Below, piece by piece: positions 27,605-41,300 of a stretch of DNA of 64,000 nucleotides. The position numbers and the translations under genes are program-made. Source of the DNA: Eledone cirrhosa (Eukaryota); the NCBI GenBank assembly GCA_964016885.1, contig OZ024741.1:146816001-146880000 (forward strand). Direction: 5' to 3'. The first letter of the stretch is position 1. The number at the start of each line of letters is the position of its first letter. The notes under the pieces are model-generated. The model did not search any database, was not told the DNA's origin, and saw nothing but the letters and a program-made list of their open reading frames with translations.

Positions 27605-28113
27605 AGACGTGGTTGATAGCTTCCGATACCTAGGTGATTAGTAAGGGGGGGGGCTGTTCCGAGGCCTTAGTATCTAGAATAAGGATGGTTGGAAGAAGTT
27701 TAGGGAGCTGCTTCTTCTATTGACAAAGAAGGGTATGAACAAAATGAAGCAAGCATGCTCCATTAGATGTGCAACATCAATGTGCGTGAACGACCAAGTA
27801 TAGACGAGTTGAGAGAGAAACTATGTATAAGAGCTGTAGTGTGTGGGAGAGAAGACTGCGTTGGTATGGACATGTGATGTGCATGGAGGGTGACCGCTGG
27901 GTAAAGAAGTGCCGAGAAATCCCAGTAAAAGGAAGATACAGTCGAGGAAGACCAAGAAAAACATGGGAACATGGGCGGGGGTAGTGAGAGCAGACCTCAG
28001 ATCGCTGAAGCTCACAGAGGAGATGACAAAGGACCGTGATGAATGGAGAGATGCCATGCTTAATAGAACCCGTCTCACCCTTGCAAGCAGGGAAAAGCTG
28101 ACGTAAAATGATG
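27603..28113 (+). mobile_element. Decayed RTE 3' fragment (subfamily 3, no long 3' UTR)
   Basis: VDSFRYLG, RLRWYGHVMCM, GRPRKTW; ends ACCCGTCTCACCCTTGCAAGCAGGGAAAAGCTGACGTAAAATGATG. Confidence 0.8.
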
Positions 28114-28325
28114 TGTGTGTATAGACATATATATAGAGTAAACATCACGAGCGCTCTATCTCAAAATTATTTTTGAAAAGCATTAGAAATGCGCAACCGG
28201 TAAAAAACTAAAACAGAATACTAACCAATACTTATTACTAATTTATACTTATTCCTAATTAAACTATTTTTCACTGGGAAAAATTTGTCAGCATTTTCTT
28301 TTCCTTTTACTAATATATATATATA

Positions 28326-28527
28326 TAGAAGTGGTTACACAACAGTTAGTTCACCGTACCGAGAACAATCGTTTCACCTTAGCAGATCCTCAGCTCGTAA
28401 TGGGCATGGTTATATGGAAACAATTGTTCTCGGTATGGTGAACTAACTGTTGTGTAACCACTTCTACCTAACTCGTCCCTTGGACTGAGTGCTCTACCAC
28501 TACGGATATTACCTTCCAGTGTTCTAC

Positions 28528-28530
<3 letters not shown>
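28326..28530. mobile_element. Foldback hairpin + tail mini-element (family H2) with hammerhead-like core
   Basis: ~50-bp arms 28326-28375 / 28417-28466; minus strand CTGAGGA-TCTGCTAAGGT-GAAAC at 28393-28371; 64-bp tail; (TA)n on both sides. Confidence 0.75.
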
Positions 28531-28590
<60 letters not shown>

Positions 28591-28607
28591 CATATATGTG
28601 TGTGTAT

Positions 28608-28650
<43 letters not shown>

Positions 28651-28698
28651 TATGTGTGTGTGTATATACATATACATATATATGTGCGTGTGTGTGTG

Positions 28699-29082
28699 TG
28701 ACCTGACACAGGATCATGACCTTTGGTGTCACACAGTAATACAGAAGACCCGACTTCCCACAGAACAAGCCGCAGCTGAAGCATATAGACAGTATGCCCC
28801 CACCCCCTCCCACTGCAAAGTGGTCATGGAGGTTCCATGGCGAAAAAGCACCTAGCCCACACTGTAAAGAGGTTGAGTAGGCACCATGGAAAGAAAGCAC
28901 CCAGCACTCACTGTAAATGAGGTTGGTGTTAGGAAGGGCATCTAGCTGAACAAATCAAGCTAAAATCAGTTCCCGCATGAGCAAGACAAGGTCAGCCGAC
29001 CGGGCACTGCCCACAACAGGACAACCCATCTAACCCATGCTAGCGTGGAAGAATGGACGTAAAACGGTGATGATGATGATGA
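28699..29082 (+). mobile_element. RTE subfamily 2 3' end
   Basis: Homologous to 26020-26398; (GAT)n tail. Confidence 0.85.
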
Positions 29083-29088
29083 TACATA

Positions 29089-29151
<63 letters not shown>

Positions 29152-29190
29152 TTATATATGTATATATATGTGTGTATATATATATATATA

Positions 29191-30070
29191 TTCGGTGACC
29201 GAATTAGCAGCGGAGGTGGGTGTTCAGAAAGTACAATAACTAGGGTAAGAACGGGATGGAAGAAGTTTAGGGAACTACTACCACTGCTAGCTGCAAAAGG
29301 CTTCTCCCTCAAAATGAAAGGCAGACTGTATGATGCATGTATCCGAACAGCGATGTTGCATGGTAGTGAGACCTGGGCGCTGAAGGTGGAAGACTTACGT
29401 AGATTAGAGAGAAACGAAGCCTGCATGCTCCGATGGATGTGTAACAGTAATATACGTGAACGACAAAGCATAAATGAATTGAGAGAGAGACTGAGCATAA
29501 GAGGAATCAAATGCTGTGTGCAGAAGAGGCGGTTGCGCTGGTATGGACATGTGATGCGTATGAAGGATGACAGCTGCATAAAAAGGTGCAGAGCACTAGA
29601 AGTCGATGGAAACCGCGGAGTGGGGAGACCCAAGATGACCTGGGATGAGGTGATAAAAGCCGACCTTACCCAATTACACCTCTCAAAGGCGATGACACAC
29701 GACCGTGACCTCTGGCATCACGCAGTAATACATAGTACCCGACCTCCCATGGGTACAAGCTGAAGCATATAGACAATACGCCCCCACACCCTCCCACTGC
29801 AAGGTGGTTGTGGAGGTGCCACAGCAAAAAAAGCACCCAGCCCACACTGTAAAGTGGACGTGTAGTCGCCACGAAAAAAGCACCCAGCACTCACTGTAAA
29901 TGAGGTTGGTGTTAGGAAGGGCATCCAGCTGTAGAAATCAAGCCAAATCAGTTCCTGTATGAGCAAGGCATGGTCAGCTGACCAGACACTGCCCACAACA
30001 GGACAACCCGTCTAACCCTTGCTAGCGTGGAAGAACGGACGTAAAACGGTGATGATGATGATGATGATGA
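29191..30070 (+). mobile_element. 5'-truncated RTE subfamily 2 copy (open frame to 29763)
   Basis: GDRISSGGGCSES..WKKFRELLPLL..RRLRWYGHVMRM; (TA)n on both sides, (GAT)n tail. Confidence 0.93.
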
Positions 30071-30084
30071 TATATATATATATA

Positions 30085-30121
<37 letters not shown>

Positions 30122-30889
30122 CTGTGGGTATGTATATATATATTTACATATATATATATATGCGTGTGTATATATATGTGTGTGTATGTATATATATATA
30201 ATATATATCATCATCATCATCATTTTACGGCCACTTTTCCCTGCTTGCAAGAGTATGTGTGTGTGTGTGTATATATATGTATGTATATATGTATATGTGT
30301 GTGTATATATATATATGTATGTATATATATATGTGTGTGTATATATATATACATATGTGTTTGTGTGTGTGTGTATATATATATATGTGTGTGTGTGTAT
30401 ATATATATATTGTGTGTGTGAGTGCATGCATGTTCCTAGTGACATATGCCCACACAAACACATATATGTGTGTGTGTGCATGAGTATTTAAATATACCCA
30501 TGTACTTACACTACCATATAATATATTCCATTTCAACATAGGTAAAAAAATAAAATACATATATTTGAAAATTAGTAAAATGCTTTCATAAGAAAGATTT
30601 TGTCTTAATGAGCTGAATTCAGGTTCCACCTCTTAACAACTTATGCAATACCTACAGTCTGAAAGAGATCTGGAAAATTACTAACTATATACCTAGTCTT
30701 CTATAGATCTTTATTGAGTTTTCTATTGATATTTTGATATATTTTTTTTTAGATTCTTTGATATATTTTACAATTTACTTTACAATACTTTATGTCCTTC
30801 TACTCTAACATTCGAATATAAATTACACTTTGATTAAGCAAGCTAACAGTTTTTATATTTCTATAAATTTCTTTTATCATTGGAAATAT

Positions 30890-31115
30890 GCAGCATAACT
30901 ATAAGAGTGATGGGCGTGTGATTATAACATTGTGAGTTTGATTCCTGGACTAAATGATGTGTTATACCCTTAAACAATGCATTTCATTACATGTTGCTCT
31001 AGTTCACTTAGCCCAAAATGACTAGCAGACACACTTTGATGACCATGAAATTGGAATAGATTCTGGGCTTTGTCAAACTCATGTAAGCATGGAAAAAACT
31101 GGCATAAAATGATAT
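30890..31115 (+). mobile_element. Old CORE-type SINE
   Basis: Degenerate TTGTGAGTTTGATTCCTGGAC..TGTGTTATACCCTTAAACAATGCATTTCATT..GTTCACTTAGC; RTE-like end CATGTAAGCATGGAAAAA. Confidence 0.5.
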
Positions 31116-31149
31116 TTCTAATGCAAATCTTCTTTACCTCTGGAAACTA

Positions 31150-31560
31150 CTACCTTCGAATGAAAAAACAGCTGTATGACACCTGTGTGCGAATTGCTAT
31201 ACTGCAGGGTTTTTTTAAATATGGGCAGTGACTGTGGTAGATATGCAAGGGCTTCAGAGAAATGAAGCAAGAATGCTTTGCTGAATGTGCAATGTTAATG
31301 TAAGAAAACAACAGAGCTTGGATGAACTGAGAGAAAAACTGGGTATAGGAAAAATCAGAAGTAGTGTGCAAGAGAGAAGACTGCATTGGTGTGGACCAGG
31401 TGAAAAAGGGCCAAAACTTTCCAGTAGAAGTTAGCCACAGTAGAGGAAGGCCAAGGAGGACCCAGGCAGAGATGGTGAGAGCTGATCTCAAATCACTAAA
31501 ACTCACAGTGGAGAGATGCTATGCTGAAAAGGAATTGTAGAAACAATGATGATGATGAAA
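31150..31560 (+). pseudogene. Old RTE 3' fragment
   Basis: LYDTCVRIAILQG, ELREKLGI, RGRPRRTQ, GATGAT end. Confidence 0.65.
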
Positions 31561-31684
31561 TTTTATCTCAAAATTTTTTCTTAACCATCTGGAGCTGGGC
31601 TATCAAATAACTGATTATTATGGGGGGAGTGTATTTCCATTTGAAGATTTTCCTTTCACTTATCCCTTATTCACTTTTATGTGA

Positions 31685-31930
31685 AGGCATGTAGCTTAGT
31701 GGTTAGGATGTTTGGTTTATGATTGTAAAGTTATGAGCTTGATTCCTAACAACCCTTGAGTAAGCCCCTTTATTTCCCATTGCTCCATTCCACTCAGATA
31801 GGAAAAATATATTATACCTGTAATTCAAAAGGCCAGCCTTGTCACACAAGGACTATATTAAGAGTGTATGCATCTTTGCAATGTACAGATCTTTCTTTCC
31901 CTAATATATGTGTTCATTTCAGCAGGTTAA
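31685..31930 (+). mobile_element. Old CORE-type SINE
   Basis: GGCATGTAGCTTAGTGGTTAGG head, CCTTGAGTAAG..TTTATTTCCCATTGCTCCATTCCACTCAG core. Confidence 0.55.
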
Positions 31931-33479
31931 AAAGGGTTTGATATTTTCCCTTGAATTCAACCACATGAAGTTCATTCATTATTAAGTTTGAATCCATATT
32001 CCTAATGAAAAACACTGCTTATGATTTTCAATAATGTTTTTAACAATCAAGAGTATGGAGGTATTTATTATGCTGGTGTTTGAAATATAATTGAAAAAGG
32101 GCTCTTACATAAATTTGTAATAGGTTTTAGATAAAATCAACACTTAAAAAGAAACAACTTTGTGTCTTAGAACCAGGGTCAATTTGATGTGGTTTGTTAT
32201 CGACAGGGCTGATAAAAAAGGTTAATATCATTGTTTAAAATCTGCTCTCTCTGGTAGCATGAGTTGGACTAGTTGTACATAATATGATAGGTTGGGTCAC
32301 TAATCTAGGTTTCTTGATTTAATAATCTCTAGATCACATCTTGATATCTCTATGGTGAAGAATTGTACAAATAGTTTTAAATGTCGGGCCTAAATTAGGA
32401 AAAAAAGGACAATAGCTTTGAGCTTTAGACCCTGGACTACTAATCTTATGGGCTAAATTTCAAAACATTCCTCATGCATTGTGCTGTACATCTGAGCAAT
32501 GGTTTTGAACAGCTTGTTTCAGCTAAGATAACTGCCAAAAAATACATATATATATATAACACAGTTTGCCCAGATTGAATGTTAACTATTAGGAAGGGCA
32601 TTTTGTTGTAAAATCAATTGTACTAATAAATATATCAGCAAACAGGGTAGATGAATCAAAGGAAAGGAACTGATCTCAGAAAATCACATTTTCATTGGTC
32701 TTTCTATTACTGTTACTCTCTGTCAGTAGCAACTCCTAGCAGAAAAAAGAAGAATTTGAACTCAGAATGCACAGAGCTAAATATGAGACTGCAAAATCTC
32801 CTGTTCAACTCTAACAATTCTACCAATTTACTGAAGAAATAAAAAAACAAGGTTGAATTCACAGTGCAGAGAGTAGGAACAAATATCAAGGTATTTAATC
32901 CAATGACTGTCAATTCACCTCCTATGAAGGGAAGGAGGAGGTAAAATTAGAAAATATATGCATTTCAATCAGAAAACAGACTAATTAATTTACAATTCTT
33001 TCATCACATAGTTTCATATTTTTATTGCTATCAAAGTTATTTAATAGCTAATTGCAATAAAAAAGTTTATCTATTCAGAATAGAAAATATTTAAGTTTTC
33101 AACATATAGCAATTGACAAATTAATCAATTTTCAAAAATATATGTTAGTTACATTAAGCATGTAGAATTACAATACTATACAGTATAGAAATGAAAAACA
33201 TGGAATATGAAGTAGACAGTTTGCCAATTTCATACTACTCTAGTATTACTAAACATTAAAAGTGAGGATCACATAAAGAATCTAATATCTATGCTAGTTT
33301 TCCAACTGCATACTGAGCAGAAGCACATGATTTCTACTGATAAAATTCTTCAGAAAATGATATAGAATTATTTACAGTTCTGTTATTCACCAAAAAGAAG
33401 ACAGTTGGTTAACATAACATACTGCACTAATTTATCTTTATGTAAAGTAAAAAAAACAACAATAACTATAAAACATCAA

Positions 33480-33850
33480 CAATAAAAACCGCTTGATATC
33501 AGAAGTCATTTATTTCGACAGATAATGATCCATATCAAACTGTGTAGTCTCCCTACAGACTATTCTGTTGCACTTATTTAAAGCATTGATAACTTACATA
33601 TATGCACTGACAGAGCTCAAGGGATTCTTAAGATTGAGTAGTTCTTCTTTTAGTTGTTTAGAATGTTGAACAATTGAATCAGTGGTGTCTCCAAAATATA
33701 ACACATTCTTTGTTTTATGAGGTTTATTTGTTTGGCTTTCTTCCTTTTTTAACCCATCTAAATAATTCCAAGTGTAGTTTCTCACTCTCACTTAAGTATC
33801 TTTCTCATTAGAATCGTTTTTCCATAGTTATGCTATCTATCATGTTTTTA
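33480..33850 (-). pseudogene. Possible Penelope GIY-YIG 3' remnant
   Basis: LYFGDTTDSIVQHSKQ resembles the YIG-T..R..EH segment; degenerate GTCGAAA motif downstream; weak. Confidence 0.3.
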
Positions 33851-34859
33851 CTAAATGTCTATTTATGGAGCTGAAGCAGGGATAATTCCAGGAAGCATTC
33901 ATTAACCTTATTAACCCATCTTATTAGTTATCTTATTCCCCTGACCAGTGCTCTGATTGTAACTCAGATAAGATATACACAAGGATTGGTAAATTAGGAT
34001 AGTAGGACATAAAGATTCATTTGGTAATAAAGTATTATAGGGGGAATAGGAAAAGCAGAAAAACGAGGCATCATTATCATCATCATAATTATTTGTCTAT
34101 TTTCCATGCTTGTATGGGTTAGATGGTTTATCATGTTATGAGGCCAGATAGGACAGGTGACTACATCTTGCTCATATATTTCTCATTATCATCACAGTTT
34201 AACATCTATTTTCTATGCATGAGTTGTATTGATGCATGGCTGGACAGATCATGCTCATAATTGATGCATGGCTGGACAGATCTTGCTCATAATTTCCTGT
34301 TTGGCATGGTTTCTATGGCTGGATGCCCTTTCTAATGCCAACAATTTTACAGCATATACTATGTGCATTTATTGTGACTATTATTACTACTTTACAGGAG
34401 GGACTGTGTGTTTTTTTTAATCATGGCAACAGAACTATCAGTTTACAGAGTACAATAGTGTTAGATCAATATTTGTAGAGACAGAATAGCTGAATGGTTC
34501 ATAGATAATCAGTTTATGGATAATCAGTTCAAATCCACTGCAGGTGTTTTGAATTGTTTTGTTGGAGCAAGACACATTATTTCAAATGTGAAGGGGAATG
34601 GGTAGAAACCCCCACCCCCACCCCCACCGAGAAAGGAAATTACATACTACTGTGGAATTGAAGCTTTAATTATAATTCAGTGGCTCCCATTATTTTCACA
34701 ACCAAGGACCTTTATTATTTATATGAATTTTTCCATAGACATTTCTATTACAGTTACTTCCTCTACCAGAGTGCAAGAATAACAATAAAAAAAGAAAAAT
34801 GTTTATACTTAGAGAAAAATGGGTACCTAGTGGCATGTGCAATATGTTTTTTTAATAAA

Positions 34860-36240
34860 GTATTGACATTTTGTCTATTGATTTGGTATGTTCTATTCTG
34901 TTATCTATTAATAATGATGGATACAGTTTATCAAGTAGAATTTCTTCTAATTCTTGGAGTCTTTTATTCTGAGTTTCATGATTTGAGACAATTGTACAGA
35001 TTCAATGGAATATTTGTATTCATGTGTTTTGGATGGCTTGAGCTGAATAGTAAGTATTGTTTAGAATCTGTTGGTTTGTGGTGAATGTTAGTTTTAATAT
35101 TTGTATCTTTTTTAATGATTAGAATGTCAAGGAATTGAAGTTCGTTTTTGCTATATTCCATTGTGAATTGGATGTTATTATTGATGATGTTAATTAGAGT
35201 CTTGAATTCATTGAGTTGGTCGTGTGTATACATCCATAGAATAAGGCAGTCATATAAGTAGAGTTTCCAGTTGTCTAGCAAATATTTATGGAAATTCAAA
35301 TCATATTTTAATCTGTATTGTTCATATATCCAGGTATGCCATGACTAAATTGACGCCTGTCGAGGCAACTGTTTTGCCCATCGCAGTCCCCAACATTTGT
35401 TTGTAAATATTGCCATTGAAATTAAAAAAATAAATTGCTTTGTAGAATGAATTTTATTCTCTTGGTGATGAAACTCATTTCTATTCTTTCCAGGATTGAA
35501 TTAGGGAACTTTTTTAGCCAGAATCCTATTGCCTCTAGTTCGTATTTGTGGAGGAACGTAGTGTAGAGGTTTACTACATCAAAAGACAATGGTGTCTCTG
35601 TTGACGTGTTAGGAAGGTGGTTTAAGAGGTCTAGGTAATGTTTTCTAAGGCTTGCTATATATTTCAGAATTTGTGTCAGTAATATGTCTATAAAGTTGCT
35701 GAGTCTGTGTATTTCACAAGTTGGGCCCACTACAATTGGTGTAGGTAGATGAGTCAGTTTAGTCTAGTCATCGTGTTTGATTGCTGGTAATTGTTTAGTT
35801 TTTCATAACATGTAGTGCCTTGTAGGAGAGAGGATATAGAATGTTTATAGTTTTCAACACCCATAATGACGATAGTACTTCCCTTATCTGCTTCCTTAAT
35901 TATGATGTCATCATTGATCTTCAATTCATGGATAATTTCCCATTCCTTTTGGCTGGTGTTGGATTTAGGTTTAAGGTGTGGTAGTTCATTGTATGAGAAA
36001 GTCAATAGTTTGTCACAAAATTTGTCTTTATTCCTAACTTTTGTAAGTTTGTAGTTGCTTTTAGTCCATACAATTGAGTCATCATTTGTCAAGAAATTCT
36101 TGTTAGGCATAATTTTCTACAGAAGTGTGAAATATCGTCTTGTATCTCATTGAAGTTGGGGTATTATGGTATTGAGGTGAATTTTAATCCATTTGAGAGG
36201 ATTTTGATAGGTTTACATTTGAGAGATTAATTATTTTCGG
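34860..36240 (-). pseudogene. Penelope-like element RT pseudogene
   Basis: IIIKEADKGSTIVIM, LSFDVVNLYT, GTAMG, YLYD (YIDD-like), LQFLDILI, HHKPTDSKQYLLFSSSHPKH; frameshifted. Confidence 0.9.
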
Positions 36241-36449
36241 ATTTTCATAATCAGATTGTACCATCAAGTGTCATGGGTTCTGTCGACTTTACATGCCTAC
36301 ATATTATGTATGTGTATATTCCTATACACATTTTTGCAGTCTTGATTACCCATGCTGTATGTATAGAGAGTTTAATATCCTATCTTGTCTTGAATTCAGT
36401 AATTTCTTTCTTGTTAAGATTTCTAGTACTGCAATGGAAGTACTAGAAA

Positions 36450-36960
36450 CCTTAACTGAAAAGAAATTTATGAATTGCTTTAGTAATATTTGTATCAACC
36501 ATAATTTTAAGTCCTACTGCACTAAATATATCAATTAAATTTTTATGGAATCTATCCAGAGTCTGTCCATTACAATCTTGTGAAAACAAAATACTGTCGT
36601 CATGGTATAGACCAAAGGACTGGTTGGGGAATTTAGACTTTAGCGTATGAAGAATGTATAATTTGATAAAATTACAAACATCAGAACTGTCATAGGACCC
36701 CATGGAGACATCAAAAGAATCATCAGGGTCATATTTTTTTTACCCAAGTAGAACCATTACTAAAAAGGAGGATTCTACGAGCATGGAATAGAAGGTCATA
36801 TTCCATATCACTGATATATATGAAAGAACGAGCAAGGCCTAAAGTGTTATTAAGAAAGGGTCCTAGAAATAAAGGGATAAAAATCGATAATATCAAACTA
36901 TGTGAATTTGATCCTGTTCTTAAAGGGGATTTCTATGAACCAGGATATGACATATGTTGT
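36450..36960 (-). pseudogene. Second, distinct Penelope-like RT fragment
   Basis: FDIIDFYP, FDVSMGSYDSSDVC, FGLYHDD (GLYRDD type). Confidence 0.75.
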
Positions 36961-37735
36961 ATTATTCCACAGTGGTATCCTATTCATGTGGACAGTCTAT
37001 ACAATAAAAAATGACTACAAAAAATATACCCGAGAATAATCCAAGCTACACTTGTAGGATTAAAGAGAACTGCCCTCTCCAACAGTATTGTAATATCAAA
37101 TCCACTGTATAGGAAGTGGAGATTACACACAACAACACATAAAATTCTGAGGGAGGGTTTAAAGTATGGGTTTGAAGATGAAGACAAGGAAAATGAAACA
37201 AAAAGAGGAAGATATAACAAAAGAAGTACTATTATCATGGGATGCATGTGAATTATTTTTAGTCATGTATTATAAATGCAGCATTAATAATAACAGATTT
37301 TAACACTTTTGATACCAATCTGACCAAAATTTGATTTAGTCCTATGAAACCAAACCATTCATTTTAAAGGCATGCTAATTAAATTAACATCTTCCAGCAT
37401 AATACTATATAAGAACTATTTGTGACAATCATAGTACTTAGTACTGAATAATTTTGGTGACTCATTTAATTGTCTAACTCTACATATAACAGTAGAATGT
37501 AACAGTTTAAAACAATCTCTGGCTTTTATATTCTCAATTTCCAGTATATTTTTTATTAAACAAAGTTATGTACAGACTTTTCTGTGATAGAATGTGGTGT
37601 GACTTATACACAAATAAATACTCTACATATCAGTTCACTTTTTTTTAATGTCATTTACTTTGTGTGAACTAGTTACTTTTTCTTGTGTAGTGTAAATTTG
37701 CATGTGTGTATATATATATGTATATATATATATAG

Positions 37736-38218
37736 ATTTTGAGTTTATGTTGGTTGTATACCAACACCTCAGTATGCAGGCTGGAGCACCCGACGAAGTG
37801 CGCAGGTTGGTTTGGTTACTCCGGAGTAGTGTAAAATAAAGTTAAATAAAAGTCAAATGATTAAAATTTAGCTTCGTTTATTACTGCTATATATATTTCA
37901 GTGACAGCCATCTTTGGCTGTGACCTCTTCAGGCAGTTTGAATTAGTATGGTATAGACAAGTACATATGTTGTTTAGGTGTATGATATTGTCAATACTCT
38001 GATATGCCCAGTTCCTTGCTGGGTTGTGAATTAACAACCCAGCAAGGAACTGGGCATATCAGAGTATTGACAATATCATACATCTAAACAACATATGTAC
38101 TTGTCTATACCATACTAATTCAAACTGCCTGAAGAGGTCACAGCCAAAGATGGCTGTCACTGAAATATATATAGCAGTAATAAACGAAGCTAAATTTTAA
38201 TCATTTGACTTTTATTTA

Positions 38219-38225
<7 letters not shown>
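37736..38225. mobile_element. Large foldback (~190-bp arms) + tail mini-element (family H3) with a hammerhead-like core in each arm
   Basis: 37836-38225 is a near-perfect palindrome (1 mismatch seen, centre ~38030); CTGAAGA-G-GTCACAGCCA-AAGA-TGGCTGTCAC-T-GAAA at 38129-38165 followed by AATAAA; (TA)n flanks. Confidence 0.85.
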
Positions 38226-38316
<91 letters not shown>

Positions 38317-38335
38317 TAGATAGATAGATAGATAT

Positions 38336-41300
38336 GTTTCTTTATTAGCCACAGGGGCACAAAAGAAGGGGACAAATACAAAGGGGGAAGTTTACATAAA
38401 ATAAAAACGTGTAAAATATTATAACAAATGCAATTTAAAAATTAATCGATTTTCCCCAATAGGGGGAGACATTACATATGGGTAACACATACTCCCCCCA
38501 AAAAAATGTGCAACCCTCATCTCCAGGAGTACAAAGAGTTTGTACTCTTTTCCTCTCATCCTCTTTTTACTCAACCTACAGGCTGATATAGAGAGAAGGC
38601 CCATTCACTCGGGCCATTCTTGCCACTTTCACCCACCTTTCATAAAACTTGCTGGGGTACAGCACCTCTCTCTCCATCCTGATTCTTCTTCCAAAGTGGT
38701 ATTTGAAAAAAAGAATCAGTTGTTGGCCGGAGAGAAAGGTGTCTGATCTCAGCCCTTTCAACCTTGTCCACCATACAACCTCTTTCACCATAGCTATCAC
38801 ACAAAGGAAAACTGCCTCTCCTTCGTTTTTGAAGGAGGGTGGCGGTTTGATCATGACAATGGACTCGGTGGTCAACTGGATTGGTCCCACCCGCGACAAT
38901 AGTCGTTCCACATAGCCCCACAGGTCGATGATGCCCGAGCAGTGTATGAATGCGTGCGCGACGGTTTCTTCGTCTCGTACGCACCCCGGACAGATCTTTT
39001 TTGCAGGGTCCCTGCCCGGGAGCCCATGTCTGTAGAGCTTGTCTCGAACTGGTGGAGCTCCTCGGTAGCACTGCCAGGCCAGGGACTTTTGGAAGTTGTC
39101 CATCGGTCCCGGCGGAAGGTCCTACCGAACAGACTGGCCAGTTCGTCTTCCTCTACGCCTAGATTTTCACCGAGTTCGTCGTCGCACTTGCTGCGGATCA
39201 ACCCTCTATAGAATGACAAAGTGGAGTCTCCACTGATCGCCGGGTCCGGCTGCCAGAGGGCTGTGAGCGCCTGAGCACATTCGATGTGCCAGTCGCTCAT
39301 TTTCCTTGGTCTTTGCTTGACACAGGACTGCAGCTCGGTCAGCGAGACGAGTCGTGGGAAGGCTCGCCTCACGAACGGAGCCCACACCGGTTGTCCGGTG
39401 AGGAATACGTAGAGATGCCGCAGCCTGAGCGCGTGTTTGCGCATCGTCAGCCAAGGCATCCCCAGCCCTCCGTTGAAAGAGCGTTGGCAGCAGATGGATC
39501 TTCTCACCAAAGGAGCCCGCCTCTTCCAAAGGAATTGGAAGAGCGCGCGGTCCATTTTGGCGAGCGTTTTGGCTGGACAAGGCATGACGGTCAAGCGGTA
39601 GTAGATGGCGGACGCTATAAAAGTATTCGCCACCTCCGCTCGACCTTTCAAGGATATTTTGCACTCGGCCCACTTCTGGGTGAGTGCAAACACCTTGGCC
39701 GACACCTCGTTCCAGTTCTTCCCCACCTGGAGGTCCGGACCAAACCCCAGACCCCGAGCAGCTTTACTGGTCCTTCCGTCCAGTGTCCGACGACGCCATC
39801 GGAAGGCATCGGTTTGCCTCTCCACGATCCGAGTTGCAAACCGATGGACTTGTCCCGGTTCAGCTTCGCTCCTGTGAACCTTTCGTATTCCTTCAGTAAG
39901 GTGCCGACTTCCTCGATTGCGAGGTGCTCGACACCATTACTGTCACGTCGTTGGCGTAGGCCGACGCCGCTTTCCGCAGTCCCCGTTCCAGAGGGATGCC
40001 CTGCAATAGCTCCAGCTTCCGCAGTAGTGGCTCGAGAGTTAATACGTACAGAAGGGAGGAGAGAGGGCATCCCTGTCGAATGGATCGCGTGATACGGAAC
40101 GGCTCCGAGAAGTAGCCGTTCACCTTAACCCTTGAGCAGATGTTGCTGTTATGCATTGCAGAAATCCAGCTCCTGAACACGGGTCCGAAGCATGCCGCCT
40201 CGAGCACTGCATCCAGGTAACGATGGTCAACCCTATCGAAAGCCTTAGACTGATCCAAGTTGATCAGGGCGCCACCGAAGCCGAGTTTACACCCTACCCT
40301 CTCTATGATGTATCGCATGAGGTGGAGGTTGTCGTGTATGGACCTGGTCGGGATTGCGCATGTCTGCGCTTCTTACCAGGTTCTCGACGACAAGCGCCAG
40401 CCTCTTTGCCAACACCTTGGCCAAAATCTGTAACTCTGTGTTTAGCAGAGTTATGGGCCGGAAGTTGCCTATGTCATCCCCCTTATTCTCGTCCTTCCTG
40501 ACTAGTGTGACTACGCCCCCTATCACAGAACTGGGAATTCTCCCGTTCTGTTGCCAGTTGCAGTAGACCGCTTCCAGGAGACCGGAGAATAAGTCCGGCA
40601 TTGCTACGTAAAATTCGTTGGGTAGACCGTCGAGACCTGGAGATTTCCGTTTGCCGCATTGGGTCAACGCGTCCCCTATCTCAGCGGCTGAAATCGGCTT
40701 TTCGCAGAACTTTGCCTCGCTGTCCGAGAGTCGCGGTAGGCCGTCGAGGTATGGACCGAAATCCATAGCCTCTCCCGGCGCACCGCCCTGCCCGAACAGC
40801 TGAGCAAAGTGCCGCTGAAAGGCCGCACACATCTGCTTCGGCTCACGTATCACGCGTCCGTTTTGGTCCTTCAAAGACCGAATCGTGGACTTGTTGCCAC
40901 TTTTTGCCTCCGTCACTCGGGCCCAGCTAACAGCTTTGGCTCCCTCGTTTCCCAGAGCACGTATTTTGCTTCTAACAACGCAGCCCTCATGCTTTGCGTC
41001 GAAGAACTGGTCCAAGGCCGTTCTCGTTCCTAGCACGCTGGCTACGTTGCCACTTCTAATTGCCTCTTCTACTTTATCTACCAGTTCTTTCTCGGTTCTA
41101 TTTCTATCTAACACTAATTCTTTACTAAAAACTAACAAGTCTAATCTAACTGCCCTCTTGAGAGAGTACCACCATCTGTTTTTGACAATGGCCCCTGTCA
41201 AGTGCTGTTTAACTAAAGTGCTAATCCGTCTACTGTAGGCTTTGCACGTCGGTAACGACAAGTTCAGCTTCCAGTAGCCGGGTCCTTGTCTATGGGTTCT

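Noticed and set aside
25097-30629. Many 60-220 aa ORFs rich in Y/I/V/C/H/T
   Set aside because: Translations of (TA)n/(TG)n microsatellites or antisense frames of RTE fragments.
39286-40092. 268-aa plus-strand ORF and other ORFs antisense to Tx1 ORF2
   Set aside because: Shadow frames of a GC-rich retrotransposon ORF; no recognisable motifs.
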